Positions 48,130 through 57,369 of a stretch of DNA of 60,983 bases are shown here, in pieces. The stretch lies in sequence record SRR31156797_4417; one strand, 5' to 3'. The notes below the pieces were generated by a model that searched no databases, had not been told where the DNA came from, and worked only from the letters and a program-made list of their open reading frames with translations. Every line of letters begins with the position of its first letter. Position 1 is the stretch's first letter. The position numbers and the translations under genes are program-made.

Positions 48130-49146
48130 ATGAAACTTCTCGTCACAGGCGGCTGCGGCTTCATTGGGACAAACTTTGTCCGACTCATGCTCGCCAAGCA
48201 TCCAGACTGGTCTATCATCAATCTGGACAAGCTTACCTATGCCGGAAACAGACTCAACCTCATGGACCTTGAACAAAATGAAGACCGCTACTCGTTTGTT
48301 CAAGGAGACATCTGTAACCGTGAACTAATCATGGACCTCCTTGCAGACCAATCCATTGATGCCGTTGTCAACTTTGCTGCAGAATCCCACGTGGACCGTT
48401 CCATAAACGATCCGTCTCCTTTTGTGACAACCAACGTGGGTGGGGCACAAAATCTCATGGAATGCGCACGCCAAAGAGATATCGGTCGTTTCGTCCACGT
48501 ATCAACAGATGAGGTTTATGGAACTCTAGGTAAAACCGGTAAGTTTACCGAGACCACACCGCTCGCACCAAACAGTCCGTATTCATCGAGCAAGGCCGGA
48601 GCCGATCTTATGGCCCGTGCATACTTCGAGACCTATGGATTTCCTATTCTGATCACCCGGTGCTCCAATAATTATGGACCATATCAATTCCCGGAGAAAC
48701 TCATTCCGCTCATGTTTCTCAATGCCAAAGCGGACAAATCACTTCCCGTGTATGGCGATGGAATGAATGTCCGCGACTGGATTTATGTTGATGATCATTG
48801 CCTCGGAGTTGAACTGACCCTGACCAAAGGACGCGAAGGACAGGCGTACAACTTCGGAGGAGATGCCGAAGAAGCTAACATCACAGTGGTCAAAACGTTA
48901 TTATCCCTTCTGGGAAAACCAGAATCACTGATCACCTATGTCACAGATAGGCCCGGGCACGACAAACGTTATGCCATGGACTTTTCCCTGGCTCAGCAGG
49001 AACTCGGTTTTGCACCTACACTGAATTTCGCGGACGGTCTAAAACGAACTCTTGATTGGTACGAAGCCAACACGGAATGGCTTAAACAAGTCCAAAGCGG
49101 TGAATACCGCACATTCATGGACACATGGTACGAGGAACGGGCCTAA
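48130..49146 (+). CDS. rmlB: dTDP-glucose 4,6-dehydratase
   Basis: TGGCGFIG, DKLTYAGN, AAESHVDRSI, STDEVYG, YSSSK, NNYGPYQFPEKLIP. Confidence 0.97.
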   Translation: MKLLVTGGCGFIGTNFVRLMLAKHPDWSIINLDKLTYAGNRLNLMDLEQNEDRYSFVQGDICNRELIMDLLADQSIDAVVNFAAESHVDRSINDPSPFVTTNVGGAQNLMECARQRDIGRFVHVSTDEVYGTLGKTGKFTETTPLAPNSPYSSSKAGADLMARAYFETYGFPILITRCSNNYGPYQFPEKLIPLMFLNAKADKSLPVYGDGMNVRDWIYVDDHCLGVELTLTKGREGQAYNFGGDAEEANITVVKTLLSLLGKPESLITYVTDRPGHDKRYAMDFSLAQQELGFAPTLNFADGLKRTLDWYEANTEWLKQVQSGEYRTFMDTWYEERA

Positions 49147-50027
49147 TGGACATAAAAGGACAGACCATTGCTATTCTCGGCGGAAAGACGGGGCTACTCG
49201 GTCAAGCTTTATGTCATGCCTTTACAGAGGCGGGAGCACGACCAATAGCCCTTTCCAGTGAAGATTGTAATGTTCTTGATCCTCAATCCGTGGAAATTAT
49301 ACTGGACAAAGAAGACCCGGATATTCTCATTAATGCGACGGCTTACACACAGGTAGACCTAGCAGAGGAAGAACAGGATAAGGCTTTTGCTCTCAATGCA
49401 ACCGCCCCTCCTCTTCTGGCAACATTAGCGGCAAGACGATCCATACCTTTTGTCCACTACAGCACAGACTTTGTCTTTAAAGGGGACAAGACCTCACCTT
49501 ATACTGAATATGACGAAACCAGCGCCTTTTCCGTATATGGCATCAGTAAGGCAGATGGCGAACGAGGACTCCTTAAACTAGGTTATGAGCGCACACTCAT
49601 CATACGAATTTCTTGGTTGTTCGGCCCAGGTAGAATCAACTTTGTCGAAAAAATTCTTGGCTTGTGTGACTCCCACGAGACCCTGACAGTCGTCGAAGAC
49701 CAGTTCGGTTCTCCTTCCTATGCACCTGATATTGCAACCGGCACCATCAAACTGTTGAAAAAAGATGCCACAGGAATCTTCCATCTCTCCAACTCCGGCC
49801 AAACCTCATGGCATGGATTGGCTAGCATGGCCACAACCTTGGCAGGGAAAAAAAATACGATAATGCCCGTACCCTCCAGCGAATACCCAACCAAGGCTGT
49901 TCGTCCACGGTACTCCGTATTAGATATATCCAAATACACACGGACAACCGGCATGACGCCCCGAAGATGGGAAGACGCTTTAAAAGAATATGTTCAGAAT
50001 GAATTAGGCATGCAACCCGAAGCGTAG
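49146..50027 (+). CDS. rmlD: dTDP-4-dehydrorhamnose reductase
   Basis: GKTGLLG, AYTQVDLAE, STDFVF, YGISK, DQFGSP, RPRYSVL. Confidence 0.95.
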   Translation: MDIKGQTIAILGGKTGLLGQALCHAFTEAGARPIALSSEDCNVLDPQSVEIILDKEDPDILINATAYTQVDLAEEEQDKAFALNATAPPLLATLAARRSIPFVHYSTDFVFKGDKTSPYTEYDETSAFSVYGISKADGERGLLKLGYERTLIIRISWLFGPGRINFVEKILGLCDSHETLTVVEDQFGSPSYAPDIATGTIKLLKKDATGIFHLSNSGQTSWHGLASMATTLAGKKNTIMPVPSSEYPTKAVRPRYSVLDISKYTRTTGMTPRRWEDALKEYVQNELGMQPEA

Positions 50028-50035
50028 CAGGAAGT

Positions 50036-52759
50036 TTACCGCATCAAATCCCGTACCCGCATATTCGCGTCAATCAAACGTTCCGACAAAAGGTTGATCA
50101 GGAAACGGTTGATAGCGGTCACAAGTCGAGGTGCCCGGCTCTCTATGGCATCAAGTTTTGCCAAAGTCATACGGTACAAGACACAGTTCTCTGCAGCTCG
50201 AATAGTGGCGGAACGCGGTGCCAAAGTATAAATTCCCATTTCGCCAAACACGGCTCCAGGACCAACTTTTTTCAACCGTATTATCTTACCACCTTCCAGC
50301 TCTAACTCAACATCCAGTCGACCTGATTCGACAAAAAACATTGAGTCCGAGATATCCCCTTGTCGAAATACGGCTTCACCAGGCTTTGCCACTTCTCTTT
50401 TGAGAACCTTCATCAAAGCCGGAATATATTTTGTTTCTGGAAATACGGGAGCCAAAAGTTCCGGCAGGTTCAACTGTTTAAGTTCCAGCATGTTTTCTGC
50501 ATCAAGCACACGGTTCTCACACCATTCCAATGCGTAATCCAGATTAAGAAAAGACTTGAAAACACCTTCCTGATCACCCACAAGCCCAATTGCTTCTAAA
50601 TGCTCTTCTAGTTCCAAAGGAGCACTGGTTATAATAAGCTCCATATCATATCTAGCGACAAGAAGACGCAACTTTTCGAATCCTATACCGGCAGCCGACG
50701 CAAAACCATTTACCAACTTGAAATCCAAAATAAGAAATTCTACTGGCAACTGATTTCGATCGTCGATTCGAAAATGTATATCCTTAAGCAAGCGCTCCAT
50801 CGATCCTAAAAAAAGGAATCCTTGCAAACGCATGATGTGAATATGATCCCCATACTCCTTCAATGTCCGTTTTTGGAGGGAGGCACGATCAACGTTGCTG
50901 TTGTGATTGGCACCGGACAAGATATTACGAACAACCCCATCCTTGCTAGCCCTACTCACTGTAACCATAAGGGCTAACGCCACGCCAAAACCTATTCCCT
51001 CCAACAACCCCAGACACAATGTCGCCAAAAAGGTCAACCAAAGAAGCCAGATATCTGATCGCCCGGTAAAAGCCGTACGAGTCCGAAACATCCAGTCACG
51101 AATCAAGTCAAGGCCAGCATAGACAAGTAATCCTTCAGGAACAAAGCGTGGGATCAAGGGAAGAACAACGTCTGCACAACAAAAACCAACACCGCACACC
51201 AAACCGGCTACAATGCCAACAACAGGACCGCGGCCACCCGATGCATAACTGCCACAGCTTCGTCCATACGTAAGAGAAGCGGGCATTCCACCACACAGAC
51301 CGGATATAATATTGGTCAAACCGAGAGCACGATACTCCATATTGAGATCACTTTCCCGGCCCCGCAATATTTCCAATCGAGTTGTTCGGTACATGACGGT
51401 CAAAACGGCCAGTACAACCATGGCACCTATATACAAACTGTTGGCCTTAATGACAGCCCACTGAATATTCTTGAAAAAGAACTCTGAATCCAAAACTTGA
51501 AGAGGATAGACCATCTTCGGCCCTTCAGGAAAGTCAACAGGGGCCGCCAAAACCTTGAGCGCATCAGTTCCTCCCCAAATACCTGCCGCGTACCCTGCCC
51601 CCGATGCCACAAGAATCATGGCCACCAAAAAGAGCGAATGTTTGGTCCGACACAGTGCGAAAAAAAGCACGACTCCAAAAATAAGACTGGGACCAATAGT
51701 TCGAAGCACTCCGCCGGCATCAACCCCATTTACCAAAGAGGTGATGACGGTATATGAGTTACTCCAATCAAGCCCAATGCGACCAATCCAATCAAATGCC
51801 CCCAAAAGCACCATAACACCAACCGCGCCAATGACACCGCCGATGATTTGCAATGGGATATATCGAATATATTCACCCAATCGAAATTTCGAAAGAACAA
51901 GCAGACTCACCCCAATAAGCATGGCCGCGAATGCAACACCGGCTAAAAGGGTCGGAAGAACAAGCTCGGCAGACTCCATAGCCATGGTTCGATACATGCT
52001 CCCAACAAACAAAAAAACAACGGCTGTCAATACCGTTTCCGGGCCGACCAGCCCAAAAGGAATTCTCGAAAAAAAAGCGTTAAAAACACTTCCAACAATC
52101 ACACCAGTAAGAGCTGTGCCAATAACATATGGTAAGAAATCATATGTCCCGGCATTGGCTGAAGCGAGCAGGGAAAGAGCATAAACAAAAAACAGCGCCA
52201 GAACACCTGAGACTATCCCGGCATACAGATTGAGAGTAAAAGACCCTCTGAATAATCGCCACCGGTCAGGATCGCGTATAAGATCAAGGCTCTCTGCCCC
52301 ACCATCTTCGCCATCAAATTTTGCATCCCACACTTGCGCTTCTTCAACGTCGGCGAGATCACTGACATCGATATAACTTTCATCAATTGCCAACACATCA
52401 GCCACAGGAATAAAGGGTGTCCCACATTTGGAACACACTCCTTTATGTCCGGCACCCTGTATATGTCCGCACTTGGCACAAACCACATCATCTGGATCAT
52501 CCAAATCCACCTGTACATCTTGTTTGTCGAGATTAATGGACTCTATGGGCGTCCCGTCACTGCCGAGCGACTCCGGGATGCCGGTTGTGACCAGAGGTTC
52601 ATCCTCTTCAAACTTCACATCATATGGAATTTCTTCCTCGGGAAGTTGCTCAAGAATAACTACACCATGCCCACAATCAGGACACTTGGCCTTTTTACCG
52701 GTCAATTTGGCCGGAACTTCTCTTTCATAGCCACACGAATCACATTTGAAAATCGCCAC
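50036..52759 (-). CDS. SulP-family anion transporter with N-terminal zinc ribbons, STAS and cNMP-binding domains
   Basis: CDSC/CPDC and CAKC/CSKC; many TM helices; LQGFLFLG STAS; NLDYALEWCE; GAVFGEMG...PRSATI. Confidence 0.9.
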   Translation of the reverse strand: MAIFKCDSCGYEREVPAKLTGKKAKCPDCGHGVVILEQLPEEEIPYDVKFEEDEPLVTTGIPESLGSDGTPIESINLDKQDVQVDLDDPDDVVCAKCGHIQGAGHKGVCSKCGTPFIPVADVLAIDESYIDVSDLADVEEAQVWDAKFDGEDGGAESLDLIRDPDRWRLFRGSFTLNLYAGIVSGVLALFFVYALSLLASANAGTYDFLPYVIGTALTGVIVGSVFNAFFSRIPFGLVGPETVLTAVVFLFVGSMYRTMAMESAELVLPTLLAGVAFAAMLIGVSLLVLSKFRLGEYIRYIPLQIIGGVIGAVGVMVLLGAFDWIGRIGLDWSNSYTVITSLVNGVDAGGVLRTIGPSLIFGVVLFFALCRTKHSLFLVAMILVASGAGYAAGIWGGTDALKVLAAPVDFPEGPKMVYPLQVLDSEFFFKNIQWAVIKANSLYIGAMVVLAVLTVMYRTTRLEILRGRESDLNMEYRALGLTNIISGLCGGMPASLTYGRSCGSYASGGRGPVVGIVAGLVCGVGFCCADVVLPLIPRFVPEGLLVYAGLDLIRDWMFRTRTAFTGRSDIWLLWLTFLATLCLGLLEGIGFGVALALMVTVSRASKDGVVRNILSGANHNSNVDRASLQKRTLKEYGDHIHIMRLQGFLFLGSMERLLKDIHFRIDDRNQLPVEFLILDFKLVNGFASAAGIGFEKLRLLVARYDMELIITSAPLELEEHLEAIGLVGDQEGVFKSFLNLDYALEWCENRVLDAENMLELKQLNLPELLAPVFPETKYIPALMKVLKREVAKPGEAVFRQGDISDSMFFVESGRLDVELELEGGKIIRLKKVGPGAVFGEMGIYTLAPRSATIRAAENCVLYRMTLAKLDAIESRAPRLVTAINRFLINLLSERLIDANMRVRDLMR

Positions 52760-52922
52760 TGTCTACCACCAGAAACCATAAAGATGTACGGTAAGGCCGA
52801 ACCTCTACTCCGATAAGAACATTGTCTCAGTCTTTTAAGTACATACGTGAACCACTGCACGCACGCAAGCTGTGCATTCTTTTTTGCCGAAGAACTTTTT
52901 TCAAAAAAAATATCGCAAAGTA

Positions 52923-52949
52923 TAAAGTTCTCCATTTTAGCGTCGATAA
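52923..52949 (+). promoter_or_regulatory. sigma28 (FliA) promoter of the glycosyltransferase
   Basis: TAAA-N15-GTCGATAA versus consensus TAAA-N15-GCCGATAA. Confidence 0.75.
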
Positions 52950-53032
52950 GATGTGCACGAGTAAGGTGTAATGTGCACACGGACCGTGCCGACTCACCCG
53001 TTAAAAGCGATTTCCCATGGAAGGGACGCACC

Positions 53033-53935
53033 ATGAAGCCAAACACCATTTCGATAATAATTTCCGATTTGGAAACACACAGCAGTCTCATGCGACTGCT
53101 CCATTCCATTTCTCGACAGTCCACAGGACTTGAAGACATGGAAATCATCGTGATTGGCAACGGCGAACACGCTCCTTCCGATCCATCCTTGTGGCAAGCC
53201 GTCACCGGCATCGATGCAATACGTCTTGAAGAAATGGACGACGCCATCACCCCTTCAGCAGCCAAAAACATTGCAGCGAAGCAGGCTACTGGCGATAAAC
53301 TCTTATTTCTTCAGCCAGACTACCGTCTTGACCCCAAATATATAACTACAGCCCTATCTGTTTTTGACGACCATCCTGAAACGGATATTATGTACTCGGA
53401 CTATATTCGACTTGCTCCGTCTGACAAATCAGGACGGCCCGGTATTGTTCAACTCCCCTCCTTTCGGGAAGGATTACTTCAGGCGAGAGGTTTTCTCGGG
53501 CCAGCAGTCTTGCTGACACGTAAAGCTTGGGAAAGCGTCCAGGGCTTCAGGGAAAACACTGTATATTCCGATTGGGATTTATGGGTACAGACCGCACTGG
53601 TTGGGAATCATTTCTACCATGTTAATTACCCTCTAGCCTCCTGTGAACATCGTAAAACTTCATTCAGAGAACGCGCTGAAGATGGTCGATGCAAAGCCAT
53701 GATCGTCATCAATAACCAAACTTTTTTTCACAAACATACAGTACGTTGGGCACTCTCTTACCTTCGTGGTGAATCTTGGGCTGAAGCTTATAGTTTCATG
53801 ACCATTCCAGGCCCCATTGATGTTACGCGAATGATGCACGATCACGCAGTAAAGACGATGGGTGTGGATATTATGACCAGAAAAGCTGTTCAACAATTCG
53901 ATCATGCAGCGACTAACACCAAAGTTGCCCTATAA
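53033..53935 (+). CDS. Glycosyltransferase family 2-like protein
   Basis: ISIII...SISRQS...EIIVI, SAAKNIA, LLFLQPD, SDWDLW; start moved to MKPNT after AAGGGA. Confidence 0.8.
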   Translation: MKPNTISIIISDLETHSSLMRLLHSISRQSTGLEDMEIIVIGNGEHAPSDPSLWQAVTGIDAIRLEEMDDAITPSAAKNIAAKQATGDKLLFLQPDYRLDPKYITTALSVFDDHPETDIMYSDYIRLAPSDKSGRPGIVQLPSFREGLLQARGFLGPAVLLTRKAWESVQGFRENTVYSDWDLWVQTALVGNHFYHVNYPLASCEHRKTSFRERAEDGRCKAMIVINNQTFFHKHTVRWALSYLRGESWAEAYSFMTIPGPIDVTRMMHDHAVKTMGVDIMTRKAVQQFDHAATNTKVAL

Positions 53936-53967
53936 AAAAAGGCCGCCCGAAACCGGACGGCCTTTTC
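53934..53967. terminator. Bidirectional intrinsic terminator
   Basis: AAAAGGCCG...CGGCCTTTT between convergent genes. Confidence 0.8.
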
Positions 53968-53986
53968 ATGTTTCTTCATTCAATCT

Positions 53987-54928
53987 CTACAATTGTATTC
54001 CACACTCCACCAAATCCTGCTTGAGCAATTCTCGAAGTCGCTTTGCGACAGGACCAGGCTTAACATCATGAATAGGCTTGTCGTTGTACCGAACAACCGG
54101 GATTGCATCACCAGTCGTCCCGACAATAATGACCTCTTTGGCCATCAGGATTTCTTCTTCACGAATTCCCCGGAAGATGACAGAGACATCATCCTTAATG
54201 AGATCGACGGCTCGTAACATCGTCGTACCGGGCAAGGCATTCGTGAACTCAGGGATAATCAATTTACCATCTTCATTGACGATACAAACATTTTCAACAG
54301 CCCCTTCAGCCAGAAAACCTTCATCGTCGTAACAAAACGGATAATCGTACCCTTTCTCAGTAGCCTCACGCTTCATCAAAACATTGGGCAAATAATCAAT
54401 TGATTTGATGGTTGCCAAATAAGACTGCTTGGCCGGAACCGATGTCTTGAAGGCAGTCACACCATTCTCATAGACCGACTCTGGCTTGATGTAGAGATCA
54501 TAAGCCACCACGTAAAGGCTCGTTTCAGGGCACTCAGCCGGATCTACACCGAAGCCCCCCGGTCCACGTCCGATCATCACCCGTGCCATTCCGGTCCCTC
54601 GACCTCCAGCGCGGCAAACTTCCACGACCAAGTCGCTAATTTGTTCCCAAGAGCACGGAGGCTCCATGAAGATTGATTCACAAGAACGCTTCATGCGTTC
54701 CATGTGCGCGTCAAGCTGATACAGCTTGCCGCCAACAAACTTCATAACCTCAAAAATACCATCACCACGATGCACCAAGTGGTCATCCCATGGCATGAGC
54801 ATTACTTCAGGATTCAGGCAAATCATGCCTACGCTATGATCATAAAAGGCGTGAACCTTACCACTGACGGGCCGATCAACGGCTGTCAGGGCATCAATAT
54901 AACCTTTGGAATCAGTGACTTTTACCAC
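53987..54928 (-). CDS. Class IV PLP enzyme (D-amino acid aminotransferase / IlvE / PabC family)
   Basis: RGDGIFE, HMERM, IKSIDYL, LAEGAVEN, LPGTT. Confidence 0.9.
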   Translation of the reverse strand: MVKVTDSKGYIDALTAVDRPVSGKVHAFYDHSVGMICLNPEVMLMPWDDHLVHRGDGIFEVMKFVGGKLYQLDAHMERMKRSCESIFMEPPCSWEQISDLVVEVCRAGGRGTGMARVMIGRGPGGFGVDPAECPETSLYVVAYDLYIKPESVYENGVTAFKTSVPAKQSYLATIKSIDYLPNVLMKREATEKGYDYPFCYDDEGFLAEGAVENVCIVNEDGKLIIPEFTNALPGTTMLRAVDLIKDDVSVIFRGIREEEILMAKEVIIVGTTGDAIPVVRYNDKPIHDVKPGPVAKRLRELLKQDLVECGIQL

Positions 54929-54940
54929 AACAAAATCCTT

Positions 54941-55966
54941 TTAGGGTACGCGCACCAGATCACGTTCAATCAATGTCTCAGCGATCTGGACAGTGTTCAA
55001 TGCGGCACCCTTACGAATGTTGTCAGAAACAACCCACATATTGATGCCATTCTCAATGGTCTCATCCTCACGGATACGGCCGACATACGTCGCATCGTCA
55101 CCCGCTGCATTGACAGGCATGGGGTAGGCGTTCTTCTCAGGATAATCTTCAATAACGATACCAGGGGCTTTTGCCAACAACGCACGGACATCATCCGCGC
55201 TCAGTTTTTCCTCGGTTTCGATATTCACAGCTTCGGAGTGACCATAAAAAACAGGGACACGCACACAGGTGGCAGTCACCTTAATGGTCGGATCGCCCAT
55301 AATCTTAACAGTCTCATGGACCATTTTCATTTCTTCTTTAGTATATCCGTTGTCCATAAAAACATCGATATGTGGCAGGCAGTTGAAGGCAATCTGATGC
55401 GGATATACATCTGCAACAACAGGCTGACCAGACAGAAGTCGACGCACCTGATTTTCCAGTTCTTCAATAGCCTTCTGTCCTGTACCGGACACAGCTTGAT
55501 ATGTGGAAACAACGACACGCTTAATCCGCGCTTCATCGTGAATAGGCTTGAGAGCAACCATCATCTGAATAGTCGAACAATTGGGGTTGGCAATAATTCC
55601 CTTATGCCAATCAAGATCCTGCGGATTCACTTCGGGAACCACTAAAGGACACTCGTCGTCCATACGCCAGGCAGCAGAGTTATCCACCACTACACAGCCG
55701 GCTTTGGCTGCAATGGGAGCGAATTTCTTACTGGTTGCGCCACCGGCGGAAAAGAGTGCCAAATCGACGCCGTCAAAAGAATCTTCGGTTAATTCTACAA
55801 CAGACAATTCCTCACCCTTGCAGGTCACTTTCTTGCCAACACTTCTCGACGAAGCCATGGGGATGACCTTGCTGTATGGGAAATCACGCTGTTCCAACAC
55901 CTGTAACATTTCCTGACCGACTGCGCCCGTTGCGCCACATACGGCCACTACCAGATTCTTATTCAT
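54941..55966 (-). CDS. asd: Aspartate-semialdehyde dehydrogenase
   Basis: GATGAVG, PLVVPEVN, NPNCSTIQ, STYQAVSG, DNIRKGAALN. Confidence 0.98.
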   Translation of the reverse strand: MNKNLVVAVCGATGAVGQEMLQVLEQRDFPYSKVIPMASSRSVGKKVTCKGEELSVVELTEDSFDGVDLALFSAGGATSKKFAPIAAKAGCVVVDNSAAWRMDDECPLVVPEVNPQDLDWHKGIIANPNCSTIQMMVALKPIHDEARIKRVVVSTYQAVSGTGQKAIEELENQVRRLLSGQPVVADVYPHQIAFNCLPHIDVFMDNGYTKEEMKMVHETVKIMGDPTIKVTATCVRVPVFYGHSEAVNIETEEKLSADDVRALLAKAPGIVIEDYPEKNAYPMPVNAAGDDATYVGRIREDETIENGINMWVVSDNIRKGAALNTVQIAETLIERDLVRVP

Positions 55967-55981
55967 ACTCTACTCCCAACT

Positions 55982-56854
55982 CTAAAACTTTAAATTCTGT
56001 CCAATTTCAAGACAAGCCTTGGTCTGATTCAGCGTGTATAAATGAACGCCCGGTGCTCCACCATCAAGAAGTTCTTGGGCCTGCTTTGTGGCATAATCGA
56101 TACCCAAACGATACACGGCGTCATCCCCGCCATCTTCGTGAGCTTTTTCAAGACTACTCAGGAACTTCCCGGGAATAGCAGCACCACACAATCCCAAAAT
56201 AAACTTGGCGGACTTAAGCGTCATGATAGGCAGGATGCCTGGAATAACAGGCACATAAGATCCAAGAGCTTTGAGTCTTTCAACGTAATCGAAATAAACA
56301 CGATTATCGAAAAACAACTGCGTTACCAAGAATTGCGCTCCCATTTGAACCTTCTTGTTAACCATTTCCAAATCAGATTGAATGGAAGGTGACTCAAAAT
56401 GAGGTTCTGGGTAAGCTGCCCCACCGACGCACATCTCTGGATAATGCGATTTGATATATTTGATAACATCCGTTGCGTGTCTGAATTCCTGAGAATCAAA
56501 ATCGAAGTTTTCCACTCCACGCGGGGGATCACCACGCAAGGCCAAAACATTCTGGATATCAGCATCACGAAGGCTTCTTAGAAAATCATCTAGCTTATCG
56601 GCCGATGCTCCAACGCTGGTCAAATGGGTAATCGGCTCAATCCCATGATCCCGTTTCATTCGGGTGGCAATTTCCAACGTGTTATCCTGAGTCCCACCAC
56701 CCGCACCATAGGTGACGGATGCAAACAAGGGATTCAGGACCTTGAGCTGATCAACAACCTCAAAAAATTGAGGCCAAATTTCCTTTTCCTTGGGGGGGAA
56801 AAACTCTAAAGAGATGAAAGGGGACTGCCCTTCGATCAAATCACAAACTCGCAA
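55982..56854 (-). CDS. metF: Methylenetetrahydrofolate reductase
   Basis: SLEFFPPK, SVTYGAGG, LALRGDPP, AYPEPH, TQLFFDN, HLYTLN. Confidence 0.97.
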   Translation of the reverse strand: MRVCDLIEGQSPFISLEFFPPKEKEIWPQFFEVVDQLKVLNPLFASVTYGAGGGTQDNTLEIATRMKRDHGIEPITHLTSVGASADKLDDFLRSLRDADIQNVLALRGDPPRGVENFDFDSQEFRHATDVIKYIKSHYPEMCVGGAAYPEPHFESPSIQSDLEMVNKKVQMGAQFLVTQLFFDNRVYFDYVERLKALGSYVPVIPGILPIMTLKSAKFILGLCGAAIPGKFLSSLEKAHEDGGDDAVYRLGIDYATKQAQELLDGGAPGVHLYTLNQTKACLEIGQNLKF

Positions 56855-56976
56855 TGCTTTTCTCCTTCAACGGTATTTGCATAAAGGCACCCTTCTCAGG
56901 GTAAGAGAAATTACATACTCTTTCTCGCCACAACCTTCAATGGAGAAATAGGGGGAATTCCCGCTCAGTCATTTTG

Positions 56977-57369
56977 TTATCGGGAATGAAGAGCGTCAAC
57001 GATAACAATATCGGCAGGAAGATAGTCCAAAGTAGGAGGATTAGACGGACTCACCCAGGCGAACTGTTGTTTTTCCATCATTTCTAAACAACCAGAATAG
57101 CAATGAATATGATAAAAATACAAACAGACCACAAATTCATCATACTCATGCTCAAGGTCGCGCCAGTATTCAAACTCAGTCGGAGTAACGCCGAGTTCTT
57201 CCTGAAACTCACGGACCAAAGCGTCTTCACGTGACTCATTCTTTTCTATCTTGCCGCCCGGAAACTCCCACCAGCCTGCCATACGCGCACCCTCAGGACG
57301 CTGAACGGCAAGATACTCCCCGTCACGCCAAATAATACCGGCCACAACTTCCAGACGAGGCTTCATCAT
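56977..57369 (-). CDS. MutT/NudG-like Nudix pyrophosphohydrolase
   Basis: WEFPGGKIEKNESREDALVREFQEELG Nudix box; PAD. Confidence 0.92.
   Translation of the reverse strand: MMKPRLEVVAGIIWRDGEYLAVQRPEGARMAGWWEFPGGKIEKNESREDALVREFQEELGVTPTEFEYWRDLEHEYDEFVVCLYFYHIHCYSGCLEMMEKQQFAWVSPSNPPTLDYLPADIVIVDALHSR

Noticed and set aside
56855-56975. SAM riboswitch or SahR site upstream of metF
   Set aside because: No SAM-I core sequences or convincing palindrome seen.
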